DNA of 64,000 bases. It comes from Eledone cirrhosa. Taxonomy: Eukaryota. This document shows positions 1-12,471 of this stretch, in pieces (within the stretch, counting starts at the first letter, position 1; each line of letters begins with the position of its first letter). The notes beneath the pieces are model-generated. The model worked only from the letters and a program-made list of their open reading frames with translations. It had not been told where the DNA came from and searched no databases. Position numbers and translations under genes: made by a program. Location: contig OZ024743.1 in NCBI GenBank assembly GCA_964016885.1, forward strand, positions 246,450,001 to 246,514,000, read 5' to 3'.

Positions 1-3000
1 TTGTTGTTACTGTAGTGTAGTGAGGTTACTGTTGTTGTTGTTGTTACTGTTGTGTAGTGAGGTTACTGTTGTTGTTGTTGTTTCTGTGATGTAGTGAGTT
101 TACTGTTGTTGTTGTTGTTGTTACTGTGGTTTAGTCAGGTTACTGTTGTTGTGGTTGTTGTTACTGTGATGTAGTGAGGTTACTGTTGTTGTTGTTGTTA
201 CTGTGGTGTATTGAGGTTACTGTTGTTGTTGTTGTTACTGTGATGTAGAGAGGTTACTGTTGTTGTTGTTGTTTTTACTGTGACGTAGTGAGTTTACTGT
301 TGTTGTTGTTGTTGTTGTTACTGTGGTGTAGTGAGTTTACTGTTGCTGTTGTTGTTGTTACTGTGATGTAGTGAGGCTACTGTTATGTTGTTGTTGTTGT
401 TACTGTGGTGTAGTGAGTTTACTGTTGCTGTTGTTGTTGTTACTTTGGTGTAGTGAGTTTACTGTTGCTGTTGTTGTTGTTAGTGTAGTGTAGTGAGGTT
501 ACTGTTCTTGTTCTTGTTGTTGTTGTTACTGTGATGTAGTGAGGTTACAGTTGTTCTTATTGTTGTTACTGTGGTGTAGCGAGGTTACTGTTGTTGTTTT
601 TGTTGTTACTGTGGTGTAGTGAGGTTACTGTTGTTTGTGTTGTTACTGTGGTGTAGCGAGGTTACTGTTGTTGTTTTTGTTGTTACTGTGGTATAGTGAG
701 GTTACTATTGTTTGTGTTGTTACTGTGATGTATTGAGGTTACTGTTGTTGTTTTTGTTGTTACTGTGGTGTTGTGAGGTTACTGTTGTTTGTGTTGTTTC
801 TGTGATGTAGTGAGGTTACAGTTGTTGTTGTTGTTGTTATGTAGTGAGTTTACTGTTGTTGTTGTTGTTGTTACTATGATGTAGTGAGGTACTGTTGTTG
901 TTGCTGTTGTTACTATGATGTAGTGAGGTTACTGTTGTTGTTGTTGTTACTGTGGTGTTGTGAGTTTACTGTTGTTGTTGTTATTACTGTGATGTAATGA
1001 GGCTTCTGTTGTTGTTGTTGTTGTTATTGTGATGTAGTGAGTTTACTGTTGTTGTTGTTCTTGTTGTTGTTGTTAAAGTGGTGTAGTGAGGTTACTGTTG
1101 TTGTTGTTTTTACTGTGATGTAGTGAGTTTACTGTTGTTGTTGTTGTAAGTGTGGTTTAGTGAGGTTACTGTTGTTGTTGTTGTTACTCTGGTGTAGTGA
1201 GGTTACTGTTGTTGTTGTTGTTGTTCTTGTTGTTGTTACTCTGGTGTAGTGAGGTTACTGTTGTTGTTGTTGTTACAGTGGTTTAGTGAGGTTACTGTTG
1301 TTGTTGTTGTTACTGTGGTGTAGTGAGGTTACTTTTGTTGTTGTTGTTCTTGTTCTTGTTGTGACTGTGATGGAGTGGGGTTACTGTTGTTGTTGTTGTT
1401 GTTGTTACTGTGGTGTTGTGAGTTTACTGTTTTTGTTGTTGTTGTTACTGTGGTGTAGTGAGGTTACTGTTGTTGTTGTTGTTGTTGTTGTTGTTATTGT
1501 GGTTTAGTGAGGTTACTGTTGTTGTTGTTGTTACTGTGGTGTAGTGAGGTTACTTTTGTTGCTGTTGTTGTTGTTTCTGAGGTGTAGTGAGGTTACTGTT
1601 GTTGTTGTTGTTGTTGTTGTTGTTACTGTAGTGTAGTAAGGGTACTTTTGTTGCTGTTGTTGTTGTTTCTGAGGTGTAGTGAGGTTACTGTTGTTGTTGT
1701 TGTTACTGTGTTGTAGTGAGGTTACTGTTGTTGTTGTTGTTACTGCGGTGTAGTGAGGTTACTGTTGTTGTTGTTGTTACTGTGGTGTAGTGAGGTTACT
1801 GTTGTTGTTGTTACTGTGATGCAGTGAGGTTACTATTGTTTTTGTTGTTGTTACTGTGGTGTAGTGAGGTTACTGTTGTTATTGTTGTTGTGACTGTGAT
1901 GTAGTGAGGTTACTGTTGTTGTTATTGTTGTTGTTACTGTAGTGTAGTGAGGTTACTGTTGTTGTTGTTGTTGTTACTGTTGTGTAGTGAGGTTACTGTT
2001 GTTGTTGTTACTCAGATGTAGTGGGGTACTGTTGTTATTGTTGTTGTTGTTATTGTGATGTAGTGAGGTTAATGTTGTTGTTGATGTTGTTGTTACTTTC
2101 CTGTAGTAAGGTTTCTGTTGTTGTTGTTGTTGTTACTGTTGTGTCGTGAGGTTACTGTTGTTGTTGTTGTTGTTGTTGTTACTGTGACGTAGTGGGTTTA
2201 CTGTTGTTGTTTATGTTGTTGTTGTTATTGTAGTGTAGTGAGGTTACTGTTGTTGTTGTTGTTGTTGTTTCTCTGGCGTAGTGAGGTTACTGTTGTTGTT
2301 GTCGTTGTTGTTGTTACTGTGGTGTAGTGAGGTTACAGTTGTTGTTGTTAGTTTGGTGTAGTCAGATTACTGTTGTTGTTGTTGCTGTTACTGTGATGTA
2401 GTGAAGTTACTATTGTTGCTGTTGTTGTTGTTTTTTTGATGTGGTGAGGTTACTGTTGTTGTTATTTTCGTTGTTACTGTGATGTAGTGAGGTTACTGTT
2501 GTAGTTGTTGTTGTTACTGTGGTGTAGTGAGGTTACTATTGTAGTTATTGTTGTTGTTACTGTAGTGTAGTAAGGTTACTGTTGTTGCTGTTGTTGTTGT
2601 TTCTGTGGTGTAGTGAGGTTACTGTTATTGTTGTTGTTACTGTGATGTAGTGAGGTTTCTGTTGTTGTTGTTACTGTGGTGTAGTGAGTTTACTGTTGTT
2701 CTTGTTGTTACTGTGGTGTAGTGAGGTTACTTTTGTTGTTGTTGTTACTGTGATGTAGTGAGGTTACTGTTGTTGTTGTTACCTTGGTGTAGTGAAGTTA
2801 TTGTTGTTGTTGTTATTGTAGTGTAGTGAGGTTACTGTTGTTTTCGTTGTTACTGTGGTGTAGTGAGGTTACTGTTGTTTTTGTTGTTACTATGATGTAG
2901 TGAGGTTACAGTTGTGGTTGTTGTTACTTTGATGTAGTGAGGTCATTGTTGTTCTTGTTACTGTGATGTAGTGAGGTTACTGTTGTTGTTGTTGTTGTTA

Positions 3001-6000
3001 CTGTGGTGTTGTGAGGTTACTGTTTTTGCTGTTGTTGTTGTTTTTTTTGATGTGGTGAGGTTACTGTTGTTGTTATTTTTGTTGTTACTGTGGTGTAGGA
3101 AGGTTACTGTTGTTGCTGTTGTTGTTTTTTCTGTGGTGTAGTGAGGTTACTGTTGTTGTTGTTGTTACTGTGATGTAGTGGGGTTACTGTTGTTGTTGTT
3201 ACTGTGGTGTAGTGAGGTTACTGTTGTTGTTGTTGTTGTTACTGTGATGTATTGAGGTTACTGTTGTTGTTGTTGTTACTGTGATGTAGTAAGATTACTG
3301 TTGTTGTTGTTGTTACCTTGGTGTAGTGAAGTTATTGTTGTTGTTGTTATTGTAGTGTAGTGAGGTTGCTGTTGTTGTTGTTGTTACTGTGTTTTTGTTG
3401 TTACTGTGATGTAGTGAGGTTACAGTTGTGGTTGTTGTTACTTTGACGTAGTGAGGTTATTGTTGTTCTTGTTACTGTGGTGTAGTGAGGTTACTGTTGT
3501 AGTTGTTGTTGTTACTGTGGTGTAGTTAGGTTACTATTGTAGTTATTGTTGTTGTTACTGTAGTGTAGTAAGGTTACTTTTGTTGCTGTTGTTGTTGTTT
3601 CTGAGGTGTAGTGAGGTTACTGTTGTTGTTGTTGTTACTGTGATGTAGTGAGGTTACTGTTGTTGTTGTTGTTACTGTGGTGTAGTGAGGTTACTGTTGT
3701 TGTTGTTGTTACTGTGGTGTAGTGAGGTTACTGTTGTTGTTGTTACTGTGATGTAGTGAGGTTACTATTGTTTTTGTTGTTGTTACTGTGGTGTAGTGAG
3801 GTTACTGTTGTTATTGTTGTTGTGACTGTGATGTAGTGAGGTTACTGTTGTTGTTATTGTTGTTGTTACTGTAGTGTAGTGAGGTTACTGTTGTTGTTGC
3901 TGTTGTTGTTACTGTTGTGTAGTGAGGTTACTGTTGTTGTTGTTGTGCTTGTTACTGTGGTGTAGTGAGGTTACTGTTGTTGTTATTGTTGTTGTTACTG
4001 TGATGTAGTAAGGTTACTGTTGCTGTTGTTGTTACTGTGATGTAGTGAGGTTACTGTTGTTGTTGTTGTTACCTTGGTGTAGTGAAGTTATTGTTGTTGT
4101 TGTTATTGTAGTGTAGTGAGGTTACTGTTGTTGTTGTTGTTACTGTGGTGTAGTGAGGTTACTGTTGTTTTTGTTGTTACTGTGATGTAGTGAGGTTACA
4201 GTTGTGGTTGTTGTTACTTTGACGTAGTGAGGTTATTGTTGTTCTTGTTACTGTGGTGTAGTGATGTTACTGTTGTAGTTGTTGTTGTTACTGTGGTGTA
4301 GTTAGGTTACTATTGTAGTTATTGTTGTTGTTACTGTAGTGTAGTAAGGTTACTTTTGTTGCTGTTGTTGTTTCTGAGGTGTAGTGAGGTTACTGTTGTT
4401 GTTGTTGTTGTTACTGTGATGTAGTGAGGTTACTGTTGTTGTTGTTGTTACTGTGGTGTAGTGAGGTTACTGTTGTTGTTGTTGTTACTGTGGTGTAGTG
4501 AGGTTACTGTTGTTGTTACTGTGATGCAGTGTGGTTACTATTGTTTTTGTTGTTGTTACTGTGGTGTAGTGAGGTTACTGTTGTTATTGTTGTTGTGACT
4601 GTGATGTAGTGAGGTTACTGTTGTTGTTGTTACCTTGGTGTAGTGAAGTTATTGTTGTTGTTGTTATTGTAGTGAGGTTACTGTTGTTTTTGTTGTTACT
4701 GTGGTGTAGTGAGGTTACTGTTGTTTTTGTTGTTACTATGATGTAGTGAGGTTACAGTTGTGGATGTTGTTACTTTGATGTAGTGAGGTCATTGTTGTTC
4801 TTGTTACTGTGATGTAGTGAGGTTACTGTTGTTGTTGTTGTTGTTGTTACTGTGGTGTAGTGAGGTTACTGTTTTTGCTGTTGTTGTTGTTTTTTTGATG
4901 TGGTGAGGTTACTGTTGTTGTTATTTTTGTTGTTACTGTGGTGTAGTAAGGTTACTGTTGTTGCTTTTGTTGTTTTTTCTGTGGTGTAGTGAGGTTACTG
5001 TTGTTGTTGTTGTTACTGTGATGTAGTGGGGTTACTGTTGTTGTTGTTACTGTGGTGTAGTGAGGTTACTGTTGTTGTTGTTGTTACTGTGATGTATTGA
5101 GGTTACTGTTGTTGTTGTTGTTACTGTGATGTAGTAAGGTACTGTTGTTGTTGTTGTTGTTGTTGTTACAGTGGTTTAGTGAGGTTACTGTTGTTGTTGT
5201 TGTTACTGTGATGTAGTGGGGTTACTGTTGTTGTTGATGTTGTTGTTGTTACTGTGGTGTAGTGAGTTTACTGTTGTTGTTGTTGTTGTTCTTGTTACAG
5301 TGGTGGAGTGAGGTTACTGTTGTTGTTGTTGTTAATGTGGTGTAGTGAGGTTACTGTTGTTGTTGTTGTTACTGTGATGTATTGAGGTTACTGTTGTTGT
5401 TGTTGTTACTGTGATGTAGTAAGGTACTGTTGTTGTTGTTGTTGTTGTTGTTACAGTGGTTTAGTGAGGTTACTGTTGTTGTTGTTGTTACTGTGATGTA
5501 GTGGGGTTACTGTTGTTGTTGATGTTGTTGTTGTTACTGTGGTGTAGTGAGTTTACTGTTGTTGTTGTTGTTGTTCTTGTTACAGTGGTGGAGTGAGGTT
5601 ACTGTTGTTGTTGTTGTTAATGTGGTGTAGTGAGGGTACTCTTGTTATTGTTGTTGATGTTGTTACTGTGGTGTAGTGAGGTTACTGTGATGCAGTGAGG
5701 TTACTGTTGTTGTTGTTGTTGTGATGTAGTGAGGGTAACTGTTGTTGTTGTTGTTGTTACTGAGATGTAGGGAGGTTGTTGTTGTTGTTCTTGTTTTTGC
5801 TGTGGTGCAGTGAGGTTGTTGTTGTTGTTGTTACTATGGTGTAGTGAGATTACTGTTGTTGTTGTTGTTGTTGTTACTGTGATGTAGAGAGGTTACTGAT
5901 GTTCTTGTTGTTGTTGTTACTATGGTGTAGTTAGGTTACTGTTGTTATTGTTCTTGTTACTGAGATGAAGTGAGGTTACTGTTGTTGTTGTTGATGTTAC

Positions 6001-7316
6001 TGTTGTTGTTGTTGTAACTGTGATCTAGTGAGGTTATTGTTGTTGTTGTTACTCTGGTGTAGTGAGGTTACTGTTGTTGTTGTTGTTGCTGTGGTGCAGT
6101 GAGGTTGTTGTTGTTGTTGTTACTATGGTGTAGTGAGGTTACTGTTGTTGTTGTTGTTGTTGTTGTGTGGTGCAGTGAGGTTGTTGTTGCTGTTGTTACT
6201 ATGGTGTAGTGAGGTTACTATTGTTTTTGTTGTTGTTACTGTGGTGTAGTGAGGTTACTGTTGTTATTGTTGTTGTGACTGTGATGTAGTGAGGTTACTG
6301 TTGTTGTTATTGTTGTTGTTACTGTAGTGTAGTGAGGTTACTGTTGTTGTTGTTGTTGTTACTGTTGTGTAGTGAGGTTACTGTTGTTGTTGTTGTTGTT
6401 ACTGTGATGTAGTGGGGTTACTGTTGTTATTGTTGTTGTTGTTACTGTGATGTTGTGAGGTTACTGTTGTTGTTGTTGTTACTGTTGTGTCGTGAGGTTA
6501 CTGTTGTTGTTCTTGTTGTTGTTGTTACTGTGATGTAGTCGGTTTACTGTTGTTGTCGTTGTTGTTGTTACTGTGGTGTAGTGAGGTTACCGCTGTTGTT
6601 GTTGTTAGTTTGGTGTAGTCAGATTACTGTTGTTGTTGTTGTTACTGTGATGTAGTGAGGTTACTGTTGTTGTTGTTGTTACTTTGGTGTAGTGAGGTTA
6701 TTGTTGTTGTTGTTACTGTTTTGTAGTGAGGTTACTGTTGTTTTTGTTGTTGTTAGTGTGATGTAGTGAGGTTACTGTTGTTGTTGTTGTTACTGTTGTG
6801 TAGTGAGGTTACTGTTGTTGTTGTTCTTGTTGTTGTTACTGTTGTTGTTGTTGTTGTTACTGTGATGTAGTGAGGTTACTGTTGTTGTTGTTCTTGTTGT
6901 TGTTGTTGTTACTGTGGTGTAGTGAGGTTACTGTTGTTGTTGTTACTGTGGTGTAGTAAGGTTACTGTTGTTGTTTTTGTTGTAGTTACTCTCGTGTAGT
7001 GAGGTTACTGTTGTTGTTGTTGTTACTGTGATGTAGCGAGGTTACTGTTGTTGTTGTTGTTGTTACTGTGGTGTAGTGAGTGTACTGTTGTTGTTGTTGT
7101 TGTTACTGTTGTGTAGTGAGGTTATTGTTGTTGTTGTTGTTGTTGTAATTGGGGTGTAGTGAGGTTACTGTTGTTGTTGTTGTTGTTAGTGTGATGTAGT
7201 GAGGTTACTGTTGTTGTTGTTGTTACTGTTGTGTAGTGAGGTTACTGTTGTTGTTGTTGTTTCTGTGATGTAGTGAGGTTACTGTTGTTGTTGTTACTGT
7301 GATGTAGTGGGGTTAC

Positions 7317-7347
<31 letters not shown>

Positions 7348-10075
7348 ACTGTGGTGTAGTGAGTTTACTGATGTTGTTGTTGTTGTTGTTGTTACTATGG
7401 TGTAGTGAGTTTATTGTTGATGTTGTTGTTGTTACTGTGGTGTAGTAAGGTTACTGTTGTTGTTGTTACTGTGATGTAGTGAGGTTACTGTTGTTGTTGT
7501 TGTTACTGTGATGTAGTGAGGTTACTGTTGTTGTTGTTGTTGTTGTTACTGTTGTGTAGTGAGGTTACTGTTGTTGTTGCTGTTGTTACTGTGATGTAGT
7601 GAAGTTACGGTTGTTGTGGTTGTTGTTGTTACTGTGGTGTAGTGAGGTCACTGTTATTTGTTGTTGTTGTTGTTGTTACTCTGGTGTAGTGACGTTACTG
7701 TTGTTGTTGTTGTTGTTACTGTGATAAAGGGAGGTTACTGTTGTTGTTGTTGTTGTTACTGTGATGTAGTGAGGTTACTGTTGTTGTTGTTGTTACTATG
7801 GTGTAGTGAGGTTCATGTTGTTGTTGTTGTTACTGTGATGTAGTGAGCTTACTGTTGTTGTTGTTGTTGTTGTTACTGTGATGTAGTGAGGATACTGTTA
7901 CTGTTGTTGTTGTTTCTGTGATGTAGTGAGGTTACTGTTGTTGTTATTGTGGTGTAGTGAGGTTACTGTTGTTGTTGTTGTTATTGTGGTGTAGTGAGTT
8001 TACTGTTGTTGTTGTTGTTATTATGGTGTAGTGAGGTTGTTGTTGTTGTTATTGTGGTGTAGTGAGATTACTGTTGTTCTTGTTGTTACTGTGGTGTAGT
8101 GAGGTTTCCTTTGTTCTTGTTGTTACTGTGTTGTAGTGAGGTTACTGTTGTTGTTGTTGTTTCTGTGGTGTAGTGAGGTTACTGTTGTTGTTGCTGTTGT
8201 TGTTGTTGTTGTTGGGGTTACTGTTGTTGTTGTTACTGTGGTGTAGTGAATTTACTGTTGTTATTGTTGTTGTTACTGGGATGTAGTGAGGTTACTGTTG
8301 TTGTTGTTGTTACTGTTATCTAGTGAGGTTACTGTTGTTCTTGTTGTTGTTGTTACTGTTGTGTAGTAAGGTTACTGTTGTTCTTGTTGTTACTGTGGTG
8401 TAGTGACGTAACTGTTGTTGTTTTTGATACTGAGGCGTAGTGAGGTTACTTTTGTTCTTGTTGTTACTGTGATGTAGTGAGGTTACTCTTGTTGTTGTTG
8501 TTGTTGTTGTTGTTTCTGTGGTGTTGTGAGTTTATTGTTGTTGTTGTTGTTGTTACTGTTATGTAGTGAGGTTACTGTTGTTGTTGTTGTTGTTACTGTG
8601 GTGTAGTGAGGTTACTGTTGTTGTTGTTGTTGTTGTTGTTACTGTGGGGTAGTGAGTTTGCTGTTGTTGTTATTGTTGTTACTGTGAGTCAGTGAGGTTA
8701 CTGTTGTTGTTTTTGTTACTATGGTGTAGTGAGGTTACTGTTGTTGTTGTTGTTGTTGTTGTTGTTACTGTGATGTAGTGAGGTTACTGTTGTTGTTGTT
8801 GTTGTTACTGTGGTGTCGTGATGTTACTGTTGTTGTTGTTATTGTGGTGTAGTGAGGTTACTATTGTTGTTGTTGTTATTACTGTGGTGTAGTGAGGTTG
8901 CTGTTGCTGTTGTTGTTGTTGTTACTTTGATGTAGTGAGGTTACTGTTGTTGTTGTTGTTACTGTGATGTAGTGAGGTTGCTGTTGTTGTTGTTGTTACT
9001 GTGATGTAGTGAGGTTACTGTTGTTGTTGTTGTTGTTGTTACTGTGGTGTTGTGAGGTTCCTGTTGTTGTTGTTGTTGTTGTTGTTACTGTGATGTAGTG
9101 AGGTTACTCTTGTTGTTGTTGTTGTTACTGTGATGTAGTGAGGTTAATGTTGTTGTTGTTGTTGTTGTTACTGTGATGTAGTGAGGTTACTATTGCTGTT
9201 GTTGTTACTGTGATGTAGTGAGGTTACTGTTGTTGTTGTTGTTGTTACTGTGGTGTAGTGAGTTTATTGTTGTTGTTGTTATTGTTGTTACCTTGATGTA
9301 GTGAGGTTACTGTTGTTGTTGTTGTTGTTGTTGTTACTGTGGTGTATTGAGGTTACTGTTGTTGTTGTTGTTGTTGTTGTTGTTACTGTGGTGTAGTGAG
9401 TTTGCTGTTGTTGTTATTGTTGTTACTGTGAGTCAGTGAGGTTACTGTTGTTGTTTTTGTTACTATGGTGTAGTGAGGTTACTGTTGTTGTTGTTGTTGT
9501 TGTTGTTACTGTGATGTAGTGAGGTTACTATTGTTGTTGTTGTTACTGTGGTGTAGTGATGTTACTGTTGCAGTTGTTGTTACTGTGATGTAGTGAGGTT
9601 ACTGTTGTTGTTGTTGTTGTTGTTGTTTCTGTGGTGTAGTGATGTTACTGTTGTTGTTCTTGTTGCTGTTGTTGTTTTTGTTGTTGTTGTTGTTGTTGTT
9701 GTTACTGTGGTGTAGTGAGGTTACTGTTGTTGTTGTTACTGTGATGTCGTGAGGTTGTTGTCGTTGTTGTTGTTACTGTGATGTAGTGAGGTTACTACTG
9801 TTGTTGTTGTTGTTGTTACTGTGGTGTAGTGAGGCCGTTGTTGTATTTATTGGGAAGTTGTTAGGTTTTTGTTGTTCTTATTGTGATATTGTGAGGTCGT
9901 TGTTGTTTTTGTTGTTGTTATTGTTCTTACTGTGATGTAGTTACGTTGTTGTTGTTGTGATGTAGTGACCTTATTGTTGTTGTTGTTACTGTGATGCAGT
10001 GAAATCATTGGTGCTGTTTTTGTTGTTTTGATGTAGTAAAATCATTGTCGCTGTTGTTGTTAATGCCATGTAGTG
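1..10075. repeat. Compound satellite: ACTGTG(G/A)TGTAGTGAGGTTACT core followed by a variable (GTT)n tract, units roughly 35-50 bp
   Basis: The same core recurs continuously with variable GTT copy number, runs off the left edge of the window and degenerates at ~9840-10075. Confidence 0.97.
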
Positions 10076-10078
10076 ATG

Positions 10079-11205
10079 TCATCATCATCATTATCACCAT
10101 CTCTATTTTACATCCATTCTTCCACGCTAGCATGGGTTAGACGTGCTGTCCTGTTGTGGACAATGCCAGGTCAGGTAACCATGTCTTGCTCATACAGAAC
10201 TGTTTCTGGCTCGATTTCTACAGCTGGATGCTCTTCCTAACACCAACCTCATTTACAGTGAATACTGGGTGCTTTTTTACCGTGGCGCCTACACCACCAC
10301 TTTACAGTGGAAAGGGGTGGGCTACTGTCTAGATGCTTCAGTTTCGGCTTGTACCCATGGGAAGTCGGGTCTTCTGTATTACTGCGTAAACCCAAAGGTC
10401 TCAGTCCTGTGTCATCACCTTTGAGAGGTGCAATTAGGCAAGTCAGCTTTTATCACCTCATCCCATGTCTTCTTGGGTCTCTCCACTCCAAGGCATCCAT
10501 CAACTTTTAGTGCTCTGCACCTTTTTATGCAGCTGTCATCCTTCATGCGCATCACATGTCTATACCAACGCAACCTCCTCTCCTACACACAGTATTTGAT
10601 TCCTCTTATGCCTAATCTCTCTCTCCATTCGTTTATGCTTTGCCGTTCGCGTATATTACTATTACATATTCATCAGGGAATGCAAGCTTTGTTTCTTTCT
10701 AATCTACGCAAGTCTTCTGCACACAACGCCCAGGTCTCACTGCCATGTAACATTGCTGTTCCGATACACGTATCATACAGTCTGCCTTTCATTTTGCGGG
10801 CAAAGCCTTTTGTAGCTAGCATTGGTAGTAACTCACTGAACTTCCTCCATCCTGTTGTTACCCTGCTTACTGTACTTTCAGAACACCCACCTCCGCTACT
10901 AATTCTTTCACCTAGGAAACAGAAGTTGTCTACTGCTTCTACAGAGCTCTACCAGAATTTGGTAGTGCTTGTTTCTTGTGGCCGTTTGCTGCTTACTGTC
11001 CCAGTGCAACTACTACATGTAACTCAACTTCCTGTACCCATAGTTTGCATTTGCGGCAGAGGATGGAATTTTTACCTACTCCTTTCCTACACATTGAGCA
11101 AGGCCATTTCACTGAAGAGATCTGGGTTCTGTTTTCTTGTCTACCTATGAGGACCTTAGTCTTTGTCATGTTGACTTTGAGACCTCTTCTTTCTAGTCCC
11201 TACTT
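10079..11205 (-). mobile_element. RTE-clade LINE, 5'-truncated 3' portion (end of RT, PHD-like finger, 3' UTR, (GAT)n tail)
   Basis: Reverse complement is homologous to the plus-strand copy at 59060-60362 (ORF 10428..11150 parallels the antisense ORF 59410..59910). (CAT)n tail at 10079-10090. Confidence 0.9.
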
Positions 11206-11574
11206 CCATGTTGTTGTTTCTGAAATGCAATGAGGTTATTGCTTTTGCCATTGTTATCAAGATGGCAAATCACATTCAGTATTAAAACTTGCTAATATCT
11301 CATGTATTAAACAAAACATCATCAGAAACAGATTCATGTGTAAACAAATTTTGAAAAAGTTCTTTACTCATCCATACATTCTTAGGTGTCTTATGTTTGT
11401 ATGGATTAACCCGTAACTTCTAATTGAGTCATAGGGGTGCTATCATCTTTGGCATTTTGTAAAACACGACAGAGTCTATCCTTTCTCCAGGTCTGAACAT
11501 GCTCAATTTTTCCTAGAGAAAGAAGAAAGTTAGAAAGTGATATAGAAGAAGAATTGATCCCAGTCCTAGACTGT

Positions 11575-11700
11575 TGCTTTTTTTTTATTCACTTTGAAAG
11601 GACGAAATGCATAGTTGATCCCGGCGGGGTTTGAAATCAGAGCACAGAGGTCTTGAATGAATACTACAAAATGTTTTTTTTTTTGGTGTTCTAATGATTC
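11575..11700 (-). mobile_element. Degenerate tRNA-derived SINE (Meta-domain-like family)
   Basis: Reverse complement resembles ctgagttcaaatcccgccgaggttgactttgcctttcatcc in the cleaner copies at 42209 and 53297. Confidence 0.6.
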
Positions 11701-11809
11701 TGTCAACTTATCTTACAATGCTATATGCATTATGCACTTCAAGGTACCTGGATGATGAAACATATTAATCACTAAAAATGTCATCCTGTGTTAGCTAGAT
11801 GCATTGTTT

Positions 11810-12000
11810 ATCTAAGAACAATCAGATGCATTTGTGCATATAACAATTTCTAGCTGCATTTGTGCACGTAACCAGATACGTTTATGCATGTAACCAGATA
11901 CGTTTATGCATGTAATATCTTCAATTTGCATTTGTGCATGTATCAATTGCCAACTGCATTTATGCATGTAACACCTACCAGCTGCATTTGTGCATGTATT
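11810..12000. repeat. Degenerate short tandem repeat ((a)gctgcattt(g/a)tgcatgta core, about 20-27 bp)
   Basis: About 7 imperfect copies of the tgcatttRtgcaYRta motif in tandem. Confidence 0.7.
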
Positions 12001-12471
12001 GCCATTCTTAGCAAGATAGTTATAAGTGACTTGATGCAGCTGAAACTAGCAGGGTTTGACAAAGAGGATAGCAAAAGGCCAAACTGCATCACAATTTTTC
12101 CATTCTAAAGTATTAAGCCTCTTATCTGGAGCACGCCATGCAGTAATACTTTCTCCCTGAAAAAATTAGTATCAGACATAAATTCTATTGTCTGATAGGC
12201 TAAAATTCAAACATTAACAAAGTACTGCCTGCTCTATGATAGGTTTCTTGTTGAACTCAAGTTCCATTGTCTGTCAGACTGAAATTCCCATGTTGACAAA
12301 ATACTGGCTGTTCTTTGATAGGTTTCTCACTGAGCCCATTGCAGTGGAAATTTCTGGTTCTCTGAACCACCTCCCTGCTCACTGCCATTGAAATGAAGAT
12401 GACCATCAGCAAGAACAAGCCCCATGAGCTTGTCTGCCTCTTTAGCATATCTTCCTTGCTATCCTCTAGGG

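Noticed and set aside
1-10075. CRISPR array, telomere or mucin-like coding repeat
   Set aside because: The spacers are only (GTT)n, there are no cas genes, there are no TTAGGG runs, and reading frames are broken by frequent stops.
10428-11150. 240-aa plus-strand ORF (also 59410..59910, 39119..39682 and 50867..51406)
   Set aside because: These are antisense shadows of retroelement coding sequence.
11290-11335. CUGAUGA...GAGA hammerhead-like motif on the minus strand
   Set aside because: GAAA is mutated and no stem I or stem III partner exists. Similar lone cores at ~16086 and ~20492 were rejected for the same reason.
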